A stretch of DNA of 64,000 nt, taken from NCBI GenBank assembly GCA_963714015.1, contig OY970223.1:1792001-1856000 (forward strand). Reading direction: 5' to 3'. This stretch comes from Vulcanimicrobiota bacterium (GTDB taxonomy: Bacteria; Vulcanimicrobiota; Vulcanimicrobiia; Vulcanimicrobiales; Vulcanimicrobiaceae). The translations under genes were made by a program, and so were the position numbers. This document shows, piece by piece, positions 21,123 to 29,978 of this stretch. The notes under the pieces are model-generated. The model was not told the DNA's origin and made no database searches. It saw only the letters and a program-made list of their open reading frames with translations. Position 1 is the first letter of the stretch; each line of letters starts with the position of its first letter.

Positions 21123-22856
21123 ATGTTTGCCGCTCTTGCACTTGCCGCGATGCTTCAGGTAACGCCGGCGCCCTCGCCCACCGCACCGCCGCCGCCGCCC
21201 ACGCCGGCTGCCTCGCCGCTCGTTTCGCCTGGGCCAACCCCGGCCGCAAGCCCGAGCGTTTCACCCCCTCCGCCGGCTGCCATTGCGGCGCAACCTGCGG
21301 CCGTCGCGCTCCATCCCTCGCAGGCCGTGACAGTGCAAATATCCGGCGGCACCGGTGCGATCAGTGCGGCTCTCGATCAACCGCTGGCAACGGCCGCAGT
21401 CGATGAAACCTCGCGTACGGTAACGGTAACAGCCGGCGCGCAAACCGGCCGGGGAACGTTGACGGTAAACGATTCCGCAGGCGGAAGCGTGCAGATTCCG
21501 GTGCGGGTTGCCTACGATGCGGGCGTCGTGCCTGCGCAGGTCAACGTGCAAGTCACCGGCGATGCGCTCGATCCGCAGTGGCTGCAATCGCAGATCCAAA
21601 AAGCGATCTTGAAAGCGGTTCAGACCCAGCCGGGCATCGCCGCGCAGATCGGCGCTTTCGCGCTGCCGGCGCTGCTTTCGCCCGGCGCCGGCTCCGACAT
21701 CCCGGTGCAGATTCAGATTCCCGGCGGAACGCAGTACTTCGACGTGAACGCACAGACGACGGTCGCGTTGCAAAACGTCGATGCCGGGCCGTTCGCTTCC
21801 GAGCTGCTCTTCTACGATGACGATCCCGAGAAAGTCGTCGCCGACGGAACGCTTTATCAGAACGAAGTGCAGCCCAACGCACCGGCGCGGCTCTATTACT
21901 ACCATCAGAACGCGAACGATCCCCGGCGGATCCTCGTCGTCATCAGCAACGCCGTTCCGAACGATCCGAGCACCGTGCAGCTGATCGACGCGTCCGCCGG
22001 GCCGAACATCGACGTCATGAGCGTTGGACACGCGGTTTCGCGCGATTTTTTGACTTGGAAATCGCACAATCAGGGAATCGTCGCACAAATAGGCCCGAGC
22101 GCGCCGTTTATTGCCGACGAGTTCACCATGCAGCCGCAAGACGGCGCGGCAGGAAGCATCGGCGTGCATGTGTTGAGCGGCGGAGCCGTACAGCTCACGG
22201 TTCTAGCAGTTCCGCCGACCGTCACCGACGCGCAGATCGCGCAGTATTTGAATCAACCGCGGCTGCCGGGAGACGGGCATCACCGCACCGGCGCATTCAC
22301 AGTAAATGATTACGGCACACAGACGCTCTCATACACCGTCGGCGGCGACGATGCAGTGACGCAATACGGCGCCACGACCCCGCCATCCCTCGACGGGAAC
22401 GGTCGCGACTACGGCGATTACGGCGTCCTGCGAACGATGACGTTTGCGGTTCAAAATACCGGCACGCAGCCGGCTACTGTATACTTGTTCGAGCAGCCGA
22501 TGGGCGGAGTTGTGCGCAGCAGCTTCCTGGTAGACGGAACGCTCTATCAAGTCGGATGTGCGCGCGTCTCACAGCGTTACCAAATCGGAAACGCGATTAC
22601 GGTAAACCCAGGGATCTCCAATGTGGTCGTCCAGACGATGACCGACGGAGGCTCGAACTATCCGCTGGAAGTCGGTATGACTGTCACGCCGCCGCTTCCG
22701 GCCACGCCGCCGATCTCGGCGCCCGATGGCTGCTTCCCAAAACCGCAACAGGCCGCTCCGCCGGTTCCTGCTCCATCACCCTCGGCAACGCCGGGCGCAA
22801 CACCGCCCGCGACACCCGCGGAATCACCCTCGCCGCAGCCGGAGCCAACCGGCTAA
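21123..22856 (+). CDS. exported hypothetical protein with Pro-rich termini and Ig-like N-terminal region
   Basis: short signal peptide, P/S/A/T-rich linkers, beta-rich body with DDPE and GDYGV motifs. Confidence 0.7.
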   Translation: MFAALALAAMLQVTPAPSPTAPPPPPTPAASPLVSPGPTPAASPSVSPPPPAAIAAQPAAVALHPSQAVTVQISGGTGAISAALDQPLATAAVDETSRTVTVTAGAQTGRGTLTVNDSAGGSVQIPVRVAYDAGVVPAQVNVQVTGDALDPQWLQSQIQKAILKAVQTQPGIAAQIGAFALPALLSPGAGSDIPVQIQIPGGTQYFDVNAQTTVALQNVDAGPFASELLFYDDDPEKVVADGTLYQNEVQPNAPARLYYYHQNANDPRRILVVISNAVPNDPSTVQLIDASAGPNIDVMSVGHAVSRDFLTWKSHNQGIVAQIGPSAPFIADEFTMQPQDGAAGSIGVHVLSGGAVQLTVLAVPPTVTDAQIAQYLNQPRLPGDGHHRTGAFTVNDYGTQTLSYTVGGDDAVTQYGATTPPSLDGNGRDYGDYGVLRTMTFAVQNTGTQPATVYLFEQPMGGVVRSSFLVDGTLYQVGCARVSQRYQIGNAITVNPGISNVVVQTMTDGGSNYPLEVGMTVTPPLPATPPISAPDGCFPKPQQAAPPVPAPSPSATPGATPPATPAESPSPQPEPTG

Positions 22857-22857
22857 T

Positions 22858-23202
22858 TCACCGGCGCTGGAGCGTGAAGATGGAAGTGCCGGCAGCGGTC
22901 TCGATGAGAACCTCGACGCGGTCGGAATCGGCAAAGTCAGCCGTGTAGTCGGCACGTCCGATCTTCGCAGCCTGAATCGGGCCGCCCGAGGCCGGTTTGA
23001 CTTCGACCGACATTGCGTGGAGCGGCGCGCCGGTCCGGGCGTTCACCAGATGGAGCGAGAGCCGCCGGCGATCGGGCGAGAGGAGGTTCTGACTAACGGA
23101 GCCCTGGACGCGTACGTTGCCCGCGACCTCTGAAAAATTTTGAGCGCAGCCGGCCAGCAAGGGGAGGGCCAGAGCCGCCGCTATTGCTCTTGATTTGCGC
23201 AC
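22858..23202 (-). CDS. hypothetical lipoprotein
   Basis: lipobox LLAGC; GTG 23202 preceded by TATGCT at 6 nt. Confidence 0.55.
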   Translation of the reverse strand: MRKSRAIAAALALPLLAGCAQNFSEVAGNVRVQGSVSQNLLSPDRRRLSLHLVNARTGAPLHAMSVEVKPASGGPIQAAKIGRADYTADFADSDRVEVLIETAAGTSIFTLQRR

Positions 23203-23317
23203 CCGTCCAGCATAAGCGGCTCTGCTGAGCGGCAACTTAGAACAAAATTAGACTTCGCGGCACTATTTGAGGCCATTTTGATGGCAGCCAAGTCACCCGA
23301 GTGGCACAATATTGGTA

Positions 23318-24313
23318 ATGGAACGCACGAATGAACCCAAAATCGTCCTGCTCGTACGGCTTCTGAACGCCATCGACGAGGGGCGCTTCTCTTTCGAGCA
23401 ACTCAAGGATCGCATCTCCGAAGGCGAGCATCGGCCGAGCACGCGAAGCCTCCGGCGGTATTTGGCGGTCCTCGCCGATGCCGGCTTCCCGTGGTACTTC
23501 GATCGGGCGACGAACACGTACCGGTTCTCCGGCGGGTACAGCCTCAAGAGGCTGGAGTCGAGCAACAGCGAGCTGTTCGGGCTTGTGGCGCTGCGCGCCA
23601 TCAGCGCGAGCCTCGGCGGCGCCATCGGTACCTACGTCGATGAGGTAACGGATAAGATGGTCGGCTCGGCCGGCCGCGGCGTAAAGGAGCGCTTGAACAC
23701 CGCTCCATCGGTAGCATTCCGCCTGAGCGAGATTCGTCTGGACGAACAAGGCGAGCGCGTTTTCAGCCAACTGTCGGCAGCCGAGCGCAGTTCCCGGAGC
23801 GTAGCCTTCAGCTATGAGGACAAGGAAGGTCACCGCAGCAAGCGAGTCGCCGATCCGTACGGGTTCATCCTGAGCGGCGGGCGCGTGTACTGCGTTGCAT
23901 TCGACCACGACCGGCGCGACAAACGCACGTTTGCCGTCGACAGCATGAGCGACCTCAACGTGCTCGCGCAGACGTTCACGAAACCAAGCAGTTTCAGCAT
24001 CGAGGACTTTGCCTCCAGTTCGATCAGCGGCGTGCTGCACAGCGAGAAGATGCAAGAGGTTCGGGTGCGGTTTTTGCCTCGCGTCGCCAAAGCCGCTGCC
24101 GCCGCAAATGTCGTCGCCGATCGCAGCGTGCAACGATTGCAGGACGGCTCGGTCGAGATTACCTATCACGTTGCGGACCTCGACGAACTTTGCCGCTGGA
24201 TCCTGAGTTGGGGTCCGCAAGCGGAGATCGTCTCCCCTGCGGCCGCGCGCGATCGCGTGCACATGCTGATCGCCCAAATCGCCGCGAAGTACGAGTTGCC
24301 CGTCTCGAAGTAG
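23318..24313 (+). CDS. WYL-domain transcriptional regulator (wHTH-WYL-WCX; PafBC/DriD-like)
   Basis: N-terminal HTH (STRSLRRYLAVL); WYL core R-ADPYGF...YCVAFD...RTFAVDSM; WCX tail WILSWGPQAEIVSP. Confidence 0.9.
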   Translation: MERTNEPKIVLLVRLLNAIDEGRFSFEQLKDRISEGEHRPSTRSLRRYLAVLADAGFPWYFDRATNTYRFSGGYSLKRLESSNSELFGLVALRAISASLGGAIGTYVDEVTDKMVGSAGRGVKERLNTAPSVAFRLSEIRLDEQGERVFSQLSAAERSSRSVAFSYEDKEGHRSKRVADPYGFILSGGRVYCVAFDHDRRDKRTFAVDSMSDLNVLAQTFTKPSSFSIEDFASSSISGVLHSEKMQEVRVRFLPRVAKAAAAANVVADRSVQRLQDGSVEITYHVADLDELCRWILSWGPQAEIVSPAAARDRVHMLIAQIAAKYELPVSK

Positions 24314-24348
24314 CGTCGGCCCGCGCTTCATGGTTTGATCGGGCGCCC

Positions 24349-24389
24349 GAAAACGAAAACCCCGGGGAGTATTTCGTCCCCGGGGTTTC
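24349..24389 (-). terminator. intrinsic terminator of ncRNA copy 1
   Basis: minus strand GAAACCCCGGGGA-CGAAATAC-TCCCCGGGGTTTT-CGTTTTC. Confidence 0.8.
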
Positions 24390-24557
24390 GACGTTTGCTC
24401 GGCAGTTTTGGTTCGTGCCTGTTTGGCTCCGGGTGAGAAGCCCTACTGACACGACTGCCGGTTAAGATCTCGCACTCCGGAAACCGACTCTCATCTGCTC
24501 CATCTGCGTGCTCGATCGCGGCTCCACGTCGCCGCGCTTCAACTTTTGCTTGAAGTG
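24349..24557 (-). ncRNA. candidate structured ncRNA, copy 1 of a tandem pair (family not recognised)
   Basis: own promoter; 5' hairpin CUUCAA/UUGAAG; core GUC-AGUAG-GGCUUC-N6-GGAGCC-AAACA-GGC (24417-24450) closed by GGCAGU/ACUGCC; terminator at the 3' end. Confidence 0.7.
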
Positions 24558-24562
24558 TTTGC

Positions 24563-24591
24563 ATGGTAGCAAATGCAGATTGCCATCGCAA
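24563..24591 (-). promoter_or_regulatory. sigma70-type promoter of ncRNA copy 1
   Basis: TTGCGA (24591-24586), 17 bp, TACCAT (24568-24563), with extended -10 TG. Confidence 0.7.
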
Positions 24592-24604
24592 GACCATAAG
24601 CGGC

Positions 24605-24689
24605 TCATTCACAAGCTATTCGCAAGAAACCGGACTTATTCACGTTTTATTCGAAGTTCGCGTAATGTGAATGCGGGGCGTGTGGAAAA
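24605..24689. promoter_or_regulatory. cluster of DnaA-box-like 9-mers upstream of ncRNA copy 1
   Basis: against TTWTNCACA: TCATTCACA 24605 (1 mismatch), CTATTCGCA 24616 (2), TTATTCACG 24636 (1), TTATTCGAA 24647 (2), inverted TTTTCCACA 24681-24689 (0). Confidence 0.5.
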
Positions 24690-24719
24690 CGAAAATCCCG
24701 GACGAAGTCCGGGATTCTC
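24685..24719 (-). terminator. intrinsic terminator of ncRNA copy 2
   Basis: minus strand GAGAATCCCGGAC-TTC-GTCCGGGATTTTC-GTTTTC. Confidence 0.8.
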
Positions 24720-24884
24720 GACGTATTCACTCATCTTGTTTCGCCTGTTTGGCTTCCGTGAAGAAGCCCTACTGACGCTACGGACGGTTCGACCGTTCCA
24801 CTCGGATCGCCGACGTGCGACTGCATCGTCAACATGGTCCGGTCACGACGATACGCTCATCGCACTTCGCTGTTATACGAAGTG
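24685..24884 (-). ncRNA. candidate structured ncRNA, copy 2 of a tandem pair (family not recognised)
   Basis: own promoter; 5' hairpin CACUUCG/CGAAGUG; core GUC-AGUAG-GGCUUC-N6-GAAGCC-AAACA-GGC (24743-24776, 29/34 identical to copy 1); terminator at the 3' end. Confidence 0.7.
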
Positions 24885-24889
24885 TTTGC

Positions 24890-24918
24890 ATGGTATCACC
24901 GGGCAAAAGTCGTAGCAA
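24890..24918 (-). promoter_or_regulatory. sigma70-type promoter of ncRNA copy 2
   Basis: TTGCTA (24918-24913), 17 bp, TACCAT (24895-24890), with extended -10 TG; exactly 327 bp from promoter 1. Confidence 0.7.
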
Positions 24919-24931
24919 GGGGAGGCCGCGT

Positions 24932-25001
24932 GTATGCACAGCGTTTCCACAAGAATCTGCGGTTATACACAGTGGTCCAATCGTTATGCTCATTTTCCAC
25001 C
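24932..25001 (+). promoter_or_regulatory. cluster of five co-oriented DnaA-box-like 9-mers
   Basis: GTATGCACA 24932 (1 mismatch), GTTTCCACA 24943 (1), TTATACACA 24963 (0), TTATGCTCA 24984 (1), TTTTCCACC 24993 (1). Confidence 0.6.
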
Positions 25002-25003
25002 GA

Positions 25004-25492
25004 ATGAACGGGGTGAATGTGAACCTACTTTTTGCCGCCGTGCTGCTCGCGCAAAGCATGTTTTCCGGCTTGCCGATCGACGGAATCCGCTGCGATGCCT
25101 CGGAAGGAGTGGCCGAGCATGTCCACACGCATTTACAGCTTTTCAATCGGGGTCATGCCGTCACCGTGCCGGCCGACATCGGCATTCCGCTCGGCGCCGG
25201 CTGCCTGTATTGGCTCCATACGCACGCGACCGACGGGCTGATCCACATCGAAGCGCCGGTCAGCAAACCGTTCACACTCGGTCAGTTCTTCGACGTGTGG
25301 GGCGATACGCTCAGCCGTACTCAGGCCAGCAGCGTGCGCGCTTCAAAAGGGCGCACTCTGCGCGTCACCGTCAACGGCAAAATATGGAGCGGCAACCCCC
25401 GCTCCATTCCGCTGCGCGATCGGGAAGAGATCGTAATTCAAAACGGTCCGCCGTATTCTTTGGGCCACGCAGCGGACTGGTCCAAGATGTAA
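25004..25492 (+). CDS. exported hypothetical protein with His-rich motifs
   Basis: short signal peptide; EHVHTHL, CLYWLHTHATDGLIHIEAP, FTLGQFFDVWG; start could also be GTG 25013 or 25019. Confidence 0.75.
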   Translation: MNGVNVNLLFAAVLLAQSMFSGLPIDGIRCDASEGVAEHVHTHLQLFNRGHAVTVPADIGIPLGAGCLYWLHTHATDGLIHIEAPVSKPFTLGQFFDVWGDTLSRTQASSVRASKGRTLRVTVNGKIWSGNPRSIPLRDREEIVIQNGPPYSLGHAADWSKM

Positions 25493-25540
25493 CTCGCGCC
25501 GAAGGCGCCGCGGCGGCGCCCGTTAAACCCCAAGTAGGTT

Positions 25541-27101
25541 ATGACTATCGCCGCCCTGCCTACAATCGATCTCGACGGAAGACGCCTGTCCTTGGAAGCC
25601 ATCCGCGACATCGCCGAAGAGGGGGCGCCGGTACGGATCACGAGCGATGCCCGGGCTCGGGTCGCCTCGGCGCGCCGGCTCGTCGACGAGAAATTCGGGA
25701 TCGGCGATGCCATCTACGGTGTAACGACCGGATTCGGCCGCCTTGCGAATGTGCAGATAGACCCAAAAGACGCGGCTCAGCTGCAACTGAACCTCGTGCG
25801 CAGTCATGCCGCCGGCACCGGCGAGCCGTTGCCCAGAGATTTCGTTCGCGCCGCCGGCGTGCTGCGAGCCAGTTCGCTTGCTGCCGGACATTCCGGAATC
25901 AAGGAGTCGACGCTCGACCTGCTCGTCGAGCTGCTCAATCGCGGCGTCACTCCGGTCGTTCCGCGGCAAGGATCGGTCGGCGCCAGCGGTGACCTTGCTC
26001 CGCTCGCCCACATGACGCTCACGCTCATCGGTGAAGGCGAAGCGACGTTCCGCGGCGAGCGGATGCCGAGCGCTCGCGCGCTGCATCTGGCGGGACTGCA
26101 GCCGATCGAACTGGGCGCGAAGGAAGGTTTGGCGCTCGTCAACGGCACCGAAGTCATGACCGGAATCGCCGCGCTCTGCGTCCTTCGTGCGGAGCGGTTG
26201 ATGGCCGCCGCGGACGTCATCGGGGCAATGGCACTCGAAGCGTTCTTGGGAACCGATCGCGTCTTCGATCGGCGCATCAACGCGCTCCGTCCGCACCCGG
26301 GGCAAGCTCGAGTTGCCGACAATTTGCGCGTGCTGCTCGAAGGTTCCGAGATCATGGAATCTCATCGCGAGTGCGGCCGCGTTCAAGATCCGTATTCGTA
26401 CCGGTGCATCCCGGTGGTACACGGCACCGTGCGTGACGCGGCGCAGCATTCGCGCAAAGTCGTCGAAATCGAAGCCGTCTCCGTGACCGACAACCCGCTG
26501 GTCTTTCCCGAGGACGGCGAATTCCTGACGGGCGGAAACTTTCACGGACAACCGGTCGCGCTCGCAAGCGATCTGTTGAAGATCGCGATGGCGGAACTTG
26601 CGGCGATAAGCGAGCGCCGTTTGTATCTGCTGCTCAACGCCGAAGAGCGCGGGCTGCCGCTTTTTTTGACAGGGCGTTCCGGGTTGCAGTCGGGATTGAT
26701 GATCGTGCAGTACACGTCGGCTGCGATGGTGTCGGAGAATAAAGGTTTAGCGTGGCCGAACAGCGTCGATTCGATTCCGACGTCGGCCGGACAAGAGGAC
26801 CACGTCAGCATGGGAATGACGGCGGCGATCAATTTGGATCGCGTGCTGCAGAATGTCGAAGGATCGCTCGCCTGCGAACTGCTCGGCGCCTTGACCGCAA
26901 CGGACATTCGCCGGCCGCTGAAGTCCGGCCGCGGGACGCAGGCCGCTCACGCCGTTGCGCGCCGGCGCATCGCGCCGTGGACCGAAGACCGGGTTCCGGC
27001 TCCCGACATCGAGGCTGCGCGAGAACTGATACGCAGCGGGGAGCTCGGTGCGCGCGGCGGAAGATGCGATAGGAATTTCATTGATTGGGAGTGCTGCCTA
27101 A
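25541..27101 (+). CDS. hutH: histidine ammonia-lyase (probable +1 indel near 27047 in the last ~20 codons)
   Basis: [11 protein letters not shown] motif [34 protein letters not shown]; removing one G gives [23 protein letters not shown] just before hutU. Confidence 0.93.
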
Positions 27102-27102
27102 G

Positions 27103-28770
27103 ATGAGTTCGAGTACGGTTGCAAGCGGTCCGCGCCTCGTTCGCGCGCCTAGAGGAACGCAGCTGAGCTGTCAAGGCTGGCCGCAAGAAGCGGCGCTGCG
27201 TATGCTGATGAACAACTTGGATCCTGCCGTTGCGGAAAAGCCGGACGATCTGGTCGTTTACGGCGGCAACGGCCGCGCGGCGCGTTCGTGGGAAGCCTTC
27301 GATGCTATTGTTCGAACGCTCCGGCGGTTGAAAAACAACGAGACGCTGATCGTGCAGAGCGGCAAGCCCGTAGCCGTATGGAAGACGCACGAGCGCGCAC
27401 CGCGCGTGCTGATCGCGAATTCCAACTTGGTGCCGAAGTGGGGGGATTGGAAAATCTTCCGCGCTTTGGAAGCGCAAGGGCTGACGATGTACGGGCAGAT
27501 GACGGCCGGATCGTGGATATACATCGGCACGCAAGGCATCGTTCAAGGCACGTACGAGACGTTTGCCGAGCTTGCGCGCCGGCACTTCGGCGGGACGCTG
27601 AAAGGCCGCGTCTGCCTGACGGCAGGCATCGGCGGCATGGGCGGCGCGCAGCCGCTGGCCATCACGATGAACGAGGGAATCGCGATCGTCGTCGACGTCG
27701 ATCGCGCGCGCTTGGAACGGCGTAAGGAACTGCGCTATTTGGACGTGGTTGCCGATTCGCGCGACGACGCATTGGCATTGGCCGAGGAATCTCGCCGCGC
27801 CGGAAAAGCGCTCTCGGTCGGCTATGAAGGCAACGCCGCGCAGGAGTTTCCGGCACTGTACGACATCGGATTTCGGCCGGATGCCGTGACCGATCAGACG
27901 TCGGCGCACGATATGATCGACGGGTACGTGCCGCTGGGTCTTACGCTCGAAGAAGCGGAGTTGCTGCGCCGCACCGATCCCGAGGATTACGAGAAGCGCG
28001 GTCTTGCGAGCGTGGCCAAGCACGTGCAAGCGATGCTCGACTTTCAGCGCGCCGGCGCAGTGGTTTTTGATTACGGCAATAACATCCGCGCGCAAGCGCA
28101 GCGCGCCGGAGTGAACGACGCATTCGACTTTCCCGGATTCGTACCGGCCTTCATCCGGCCGCTGTTCTGCAAAGGCAGCGGACCATTCCGGTTTGCCGCG
28201 CTCTCGGGTGAGGAAGCCGATATCGCGCGATGCGACGACGAGCTGCTCGCCCTCTTCCCTCATGACGAACATCTGCGCCGCTGGATCACGCTCGCGAGGG
28301 AACGGGTGGCATTTCAAGGTTTGCCTGCGCGCATATGCTGGCTCGGATTCGGCGATCGCGCAAAAGCGGGGCTGCGTTTCAACGAACTCGTGCGCAGAGG
28401 AGAGCTGCGCGCGCCCATCGTCATCGGGCGCGATCACTTGGATACGGGGAGCGTTGCTTCGCCATACCGTGAAACCGAAGCAATGAAAGACGGCAGCGAC
28501 GCTATCGCCGATTGGCCGATCTTGAATGCGCTGCTGAACACGGCCGCCGGCGCACACTGGGTCTCGGTTCACCACGGAGGAGGCGTCGGCATCGGCTACA
28601 GTATCCATGCCGGCATGGTGGTAGTCGCCGACGGCAGCCAGGACGCACGGGAGCGGCTCGAGTGCGTCCTTACGACGGATTGCGGAATGGGCGTCGTTCG
28701 CCACGCCGATGCGGGATACGAGCTCGCAGCCGAAACGGCGGACGAAAAAGGCATCGATTGGCGTCTCTAA
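27103..28770 (+). CDS. hutU: urocanate hydratase
   Basis: [51 protein letters not shown]. Confidence 0.96.
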   Translation: MSSSTVASGPRLVRAPRGTQLSCQGWPQEAALRMLMNNLDPAVAEKPDDLVVYGGNGRAARSWEAFDAIVRTLRRLKNNETLIVQSGKPVAVWKTHERAPRVLIANSNLVPKWGDWKIFRALEAQGLTMYGQMTAGSWIYIGTQGIVQGTYETFAELARRHFGGTLKGRVCLTAGIGGMGGAQPLAITMNEGIAIVVDVDRARLERRKELRYLDVVADSRDDALALAEESRRAGKALSVGYEGNAAQEFPALYDIGFRPDAVTDQTSAHDMIDGYVPLGLTLEEAELLRRTDPEDYEKRGLASVAKHVQAMLDFQRAGAVVFDYGNNIRAQAQRAGVNDAFDFPGFVPAFIRPLFCKGSGPFRFAALSGEEADIARCDDELLALFPHDEHLRRWITLARERVAFQGLPARICWLGFGDRAKAGLRFNELVRRGELRAPIVIGRDHLDTGSVASPYRETEAMKDGSDAIADWPILNALLNTAAGAHWVSVHHGGGVGIGYSIHAGMVVVADGSQDARERLECVLTTDCGMGVVRHADAGYELAAETADEKGIDWRL

Positions 28771-29978
28771 TCCGGGCGAAGACGCTCGTTACCAATACCG
28801 GAAGCCTAAAGCAAAACGGCCTGACGTTCGCCGATCTCGGAACGTTCGAAGACGGGGCACTGCTCGTGGACGGCGGCAAAGTCGTACGGGCGGGGACTCG
28901 TCACGGGGTTGAAGCGGGCCTGAGAGCGACGGGCGATCCGGATATTCTGGATTTCCAGGATTGCGTCGTCGTTCCGGGATTCGTCGATGCGCACTCGCAC
29001 CCACTGTTTGCCGGAGATCGCGAGCCCGATTTCGCCGCGCGTCAGCGCGGCGAGCCGCCGCCGCTCGGCATGCTCTACACCGTGGAGCAGACGCGCAAAG
29101 CACTCGAGCACGAAAACCGTTTTTGGGACAAAGTACGCGCGCGGCTGATGCTTATCGCGGCGCACGGCACTACGACGCTCGAAACCAAAACCGGGTACGC
29201 GCTGCACGGTCCCGGCGAGGCGCAGTTGCTGCGCATGATCGACGCGAACAAGGACGCTCCGCAGTTGCCGCGTCTGGTTGCGACGTTCTTGGGCGCGCAC
29301 GCGCTTCCGCCGGAATTTCGCAACGAAGTCGACTACGTCGACTACTTGATCGACCAATGCCTGCCGGTCGCTAAAGCCGACGGTGCGGTGTATGCCGACG
29401 CGTTTTGCGAGCCCGGCTTCTTTTCGCCGGAACAGACGAAACGCTATCTCGAAGCAGCGCGCGCGGCTGGACTGCGCCTTCGCGTGCATTGTGATGAGAT
29501 GGCCTTCGGTGGGGCGGCCGAGATGGCGGCAGCCGTTGGAGTCGATGCTGCCGACCATTGCAATTGCATCCGCCCCCAGGACGTTGCCGCAATCGTCGCG
29601 CGCGGAATCGTTACGGTCGCATGTCCGGCGACCATCGCATACTTGGATCTGCAGCGGCGGGCGCCGGTTCGCGCGCTGCTGGAGTCAGGCGGCGACGTTG
29701 CGCTCGCGAGCGATTACAATCCCGGAACATCGCCCTGCTTCAACCTTCAAACGGTAGCGTACTTTGGAAGGCGCTTGTTCGGGCTTTCTGCCGCTGAGGC
29801 GCTTTACGGCGTGACCGTTGCAGCGGCAAGGTCGCTCCGCGTCGATGCAGGATCGCTTCGAGTCGGGGCGAGCGCGGACTTTGCCGTTCTGGAGATCGAG
29901 TCTCCGGACGAGTTCGGCTGGCAATTCGGCGGCAATTTGGCGCGCGCGGTTTTTCGTAAAGGCGTGCGCGCTGCGTGA
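28758..29978 (+). CDS. hutI: imidazolonepropionase
   Basis: [44 protein letters not shown] start overlapping the hutU end. Confidence 0.9.
   Translation: MASLIRAKTLVTNTGSLKQNGLTFADLGTFEDGALLVDGGKVVRAGTRHGVEAGLRATGDPDILDFQDCVVVPGFVDAHSHPLFAGDREPDFAARQRGEPPPLGMLYTVEQTRKALEHENRFWDKVRARLMLIAAHGTTTLETKTGYALHGPGEAQLLRMIDANKDAPQLPRLVATFLGAHALPPEFRNEVDYVDYLIDQCLPVAKADGAVYADAFCEPGFFSPEQTKRYLEAARAAGLRLRVHCDEMAFGGAAEMAAAVGVDAADHCNCIRPQDVAAIVARGIVTVACPATIAYLDLQRRAPVRALLESGGDVALASDYNPGTSPCFNLQTVAYFGRRLFGLSAAEALYGVTVAAARSLRVDAGSLRVGASADFAVLEIESPDEFGWQFGGNLARAVFRKGVRAA

Noticed and set aside
23237..23317. LexA box or PafBC-type motif upstream of the WYL gene (also checked upstream of radA)
   Set aside because: No GAAC-N4-GTTC, CTGT-N8-ACAG or TGTCGG-N10-TA match; only a weak imperfect palindrome GTCAC-CCGA-GTGGC.
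24349..24884. CsrB/RsmZ-type sponge RNAs or hammerhead ribozymes
   Set aside because: GGA triplets are few and not consistently in ANGGA loops; there is no CUGANGA/GAAA core shared by both copies.
24328..24891. Two minus-strand ORFs both beginning MQTL (ATG near 24564 and 24891) read as paralogous peptides
   Set aside because: The ATG overlaps the -10 hexamer and lies upstream of the predicted start site. Copy 2 stops after 20 codons, before the conserved core, and copy 1 runs through its terminator. Conservation follows base pairing, not codons.
24349..24918. CRISPR array or mini-array reading of the 34-nt repeat
   Set aside because: Only two imperfect copies 326 bp apart, each with its own promoter and terminator; no cas genes in the window.
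24600..25001. Chromosomal origin (oriC)
   Set aside because: No dnaA, dnaN, gidA or parAB nearby and no clear AT-rich unwinding element. The boxes are phased to promoters instead. It cannot be fully excluded without GC-skew data.
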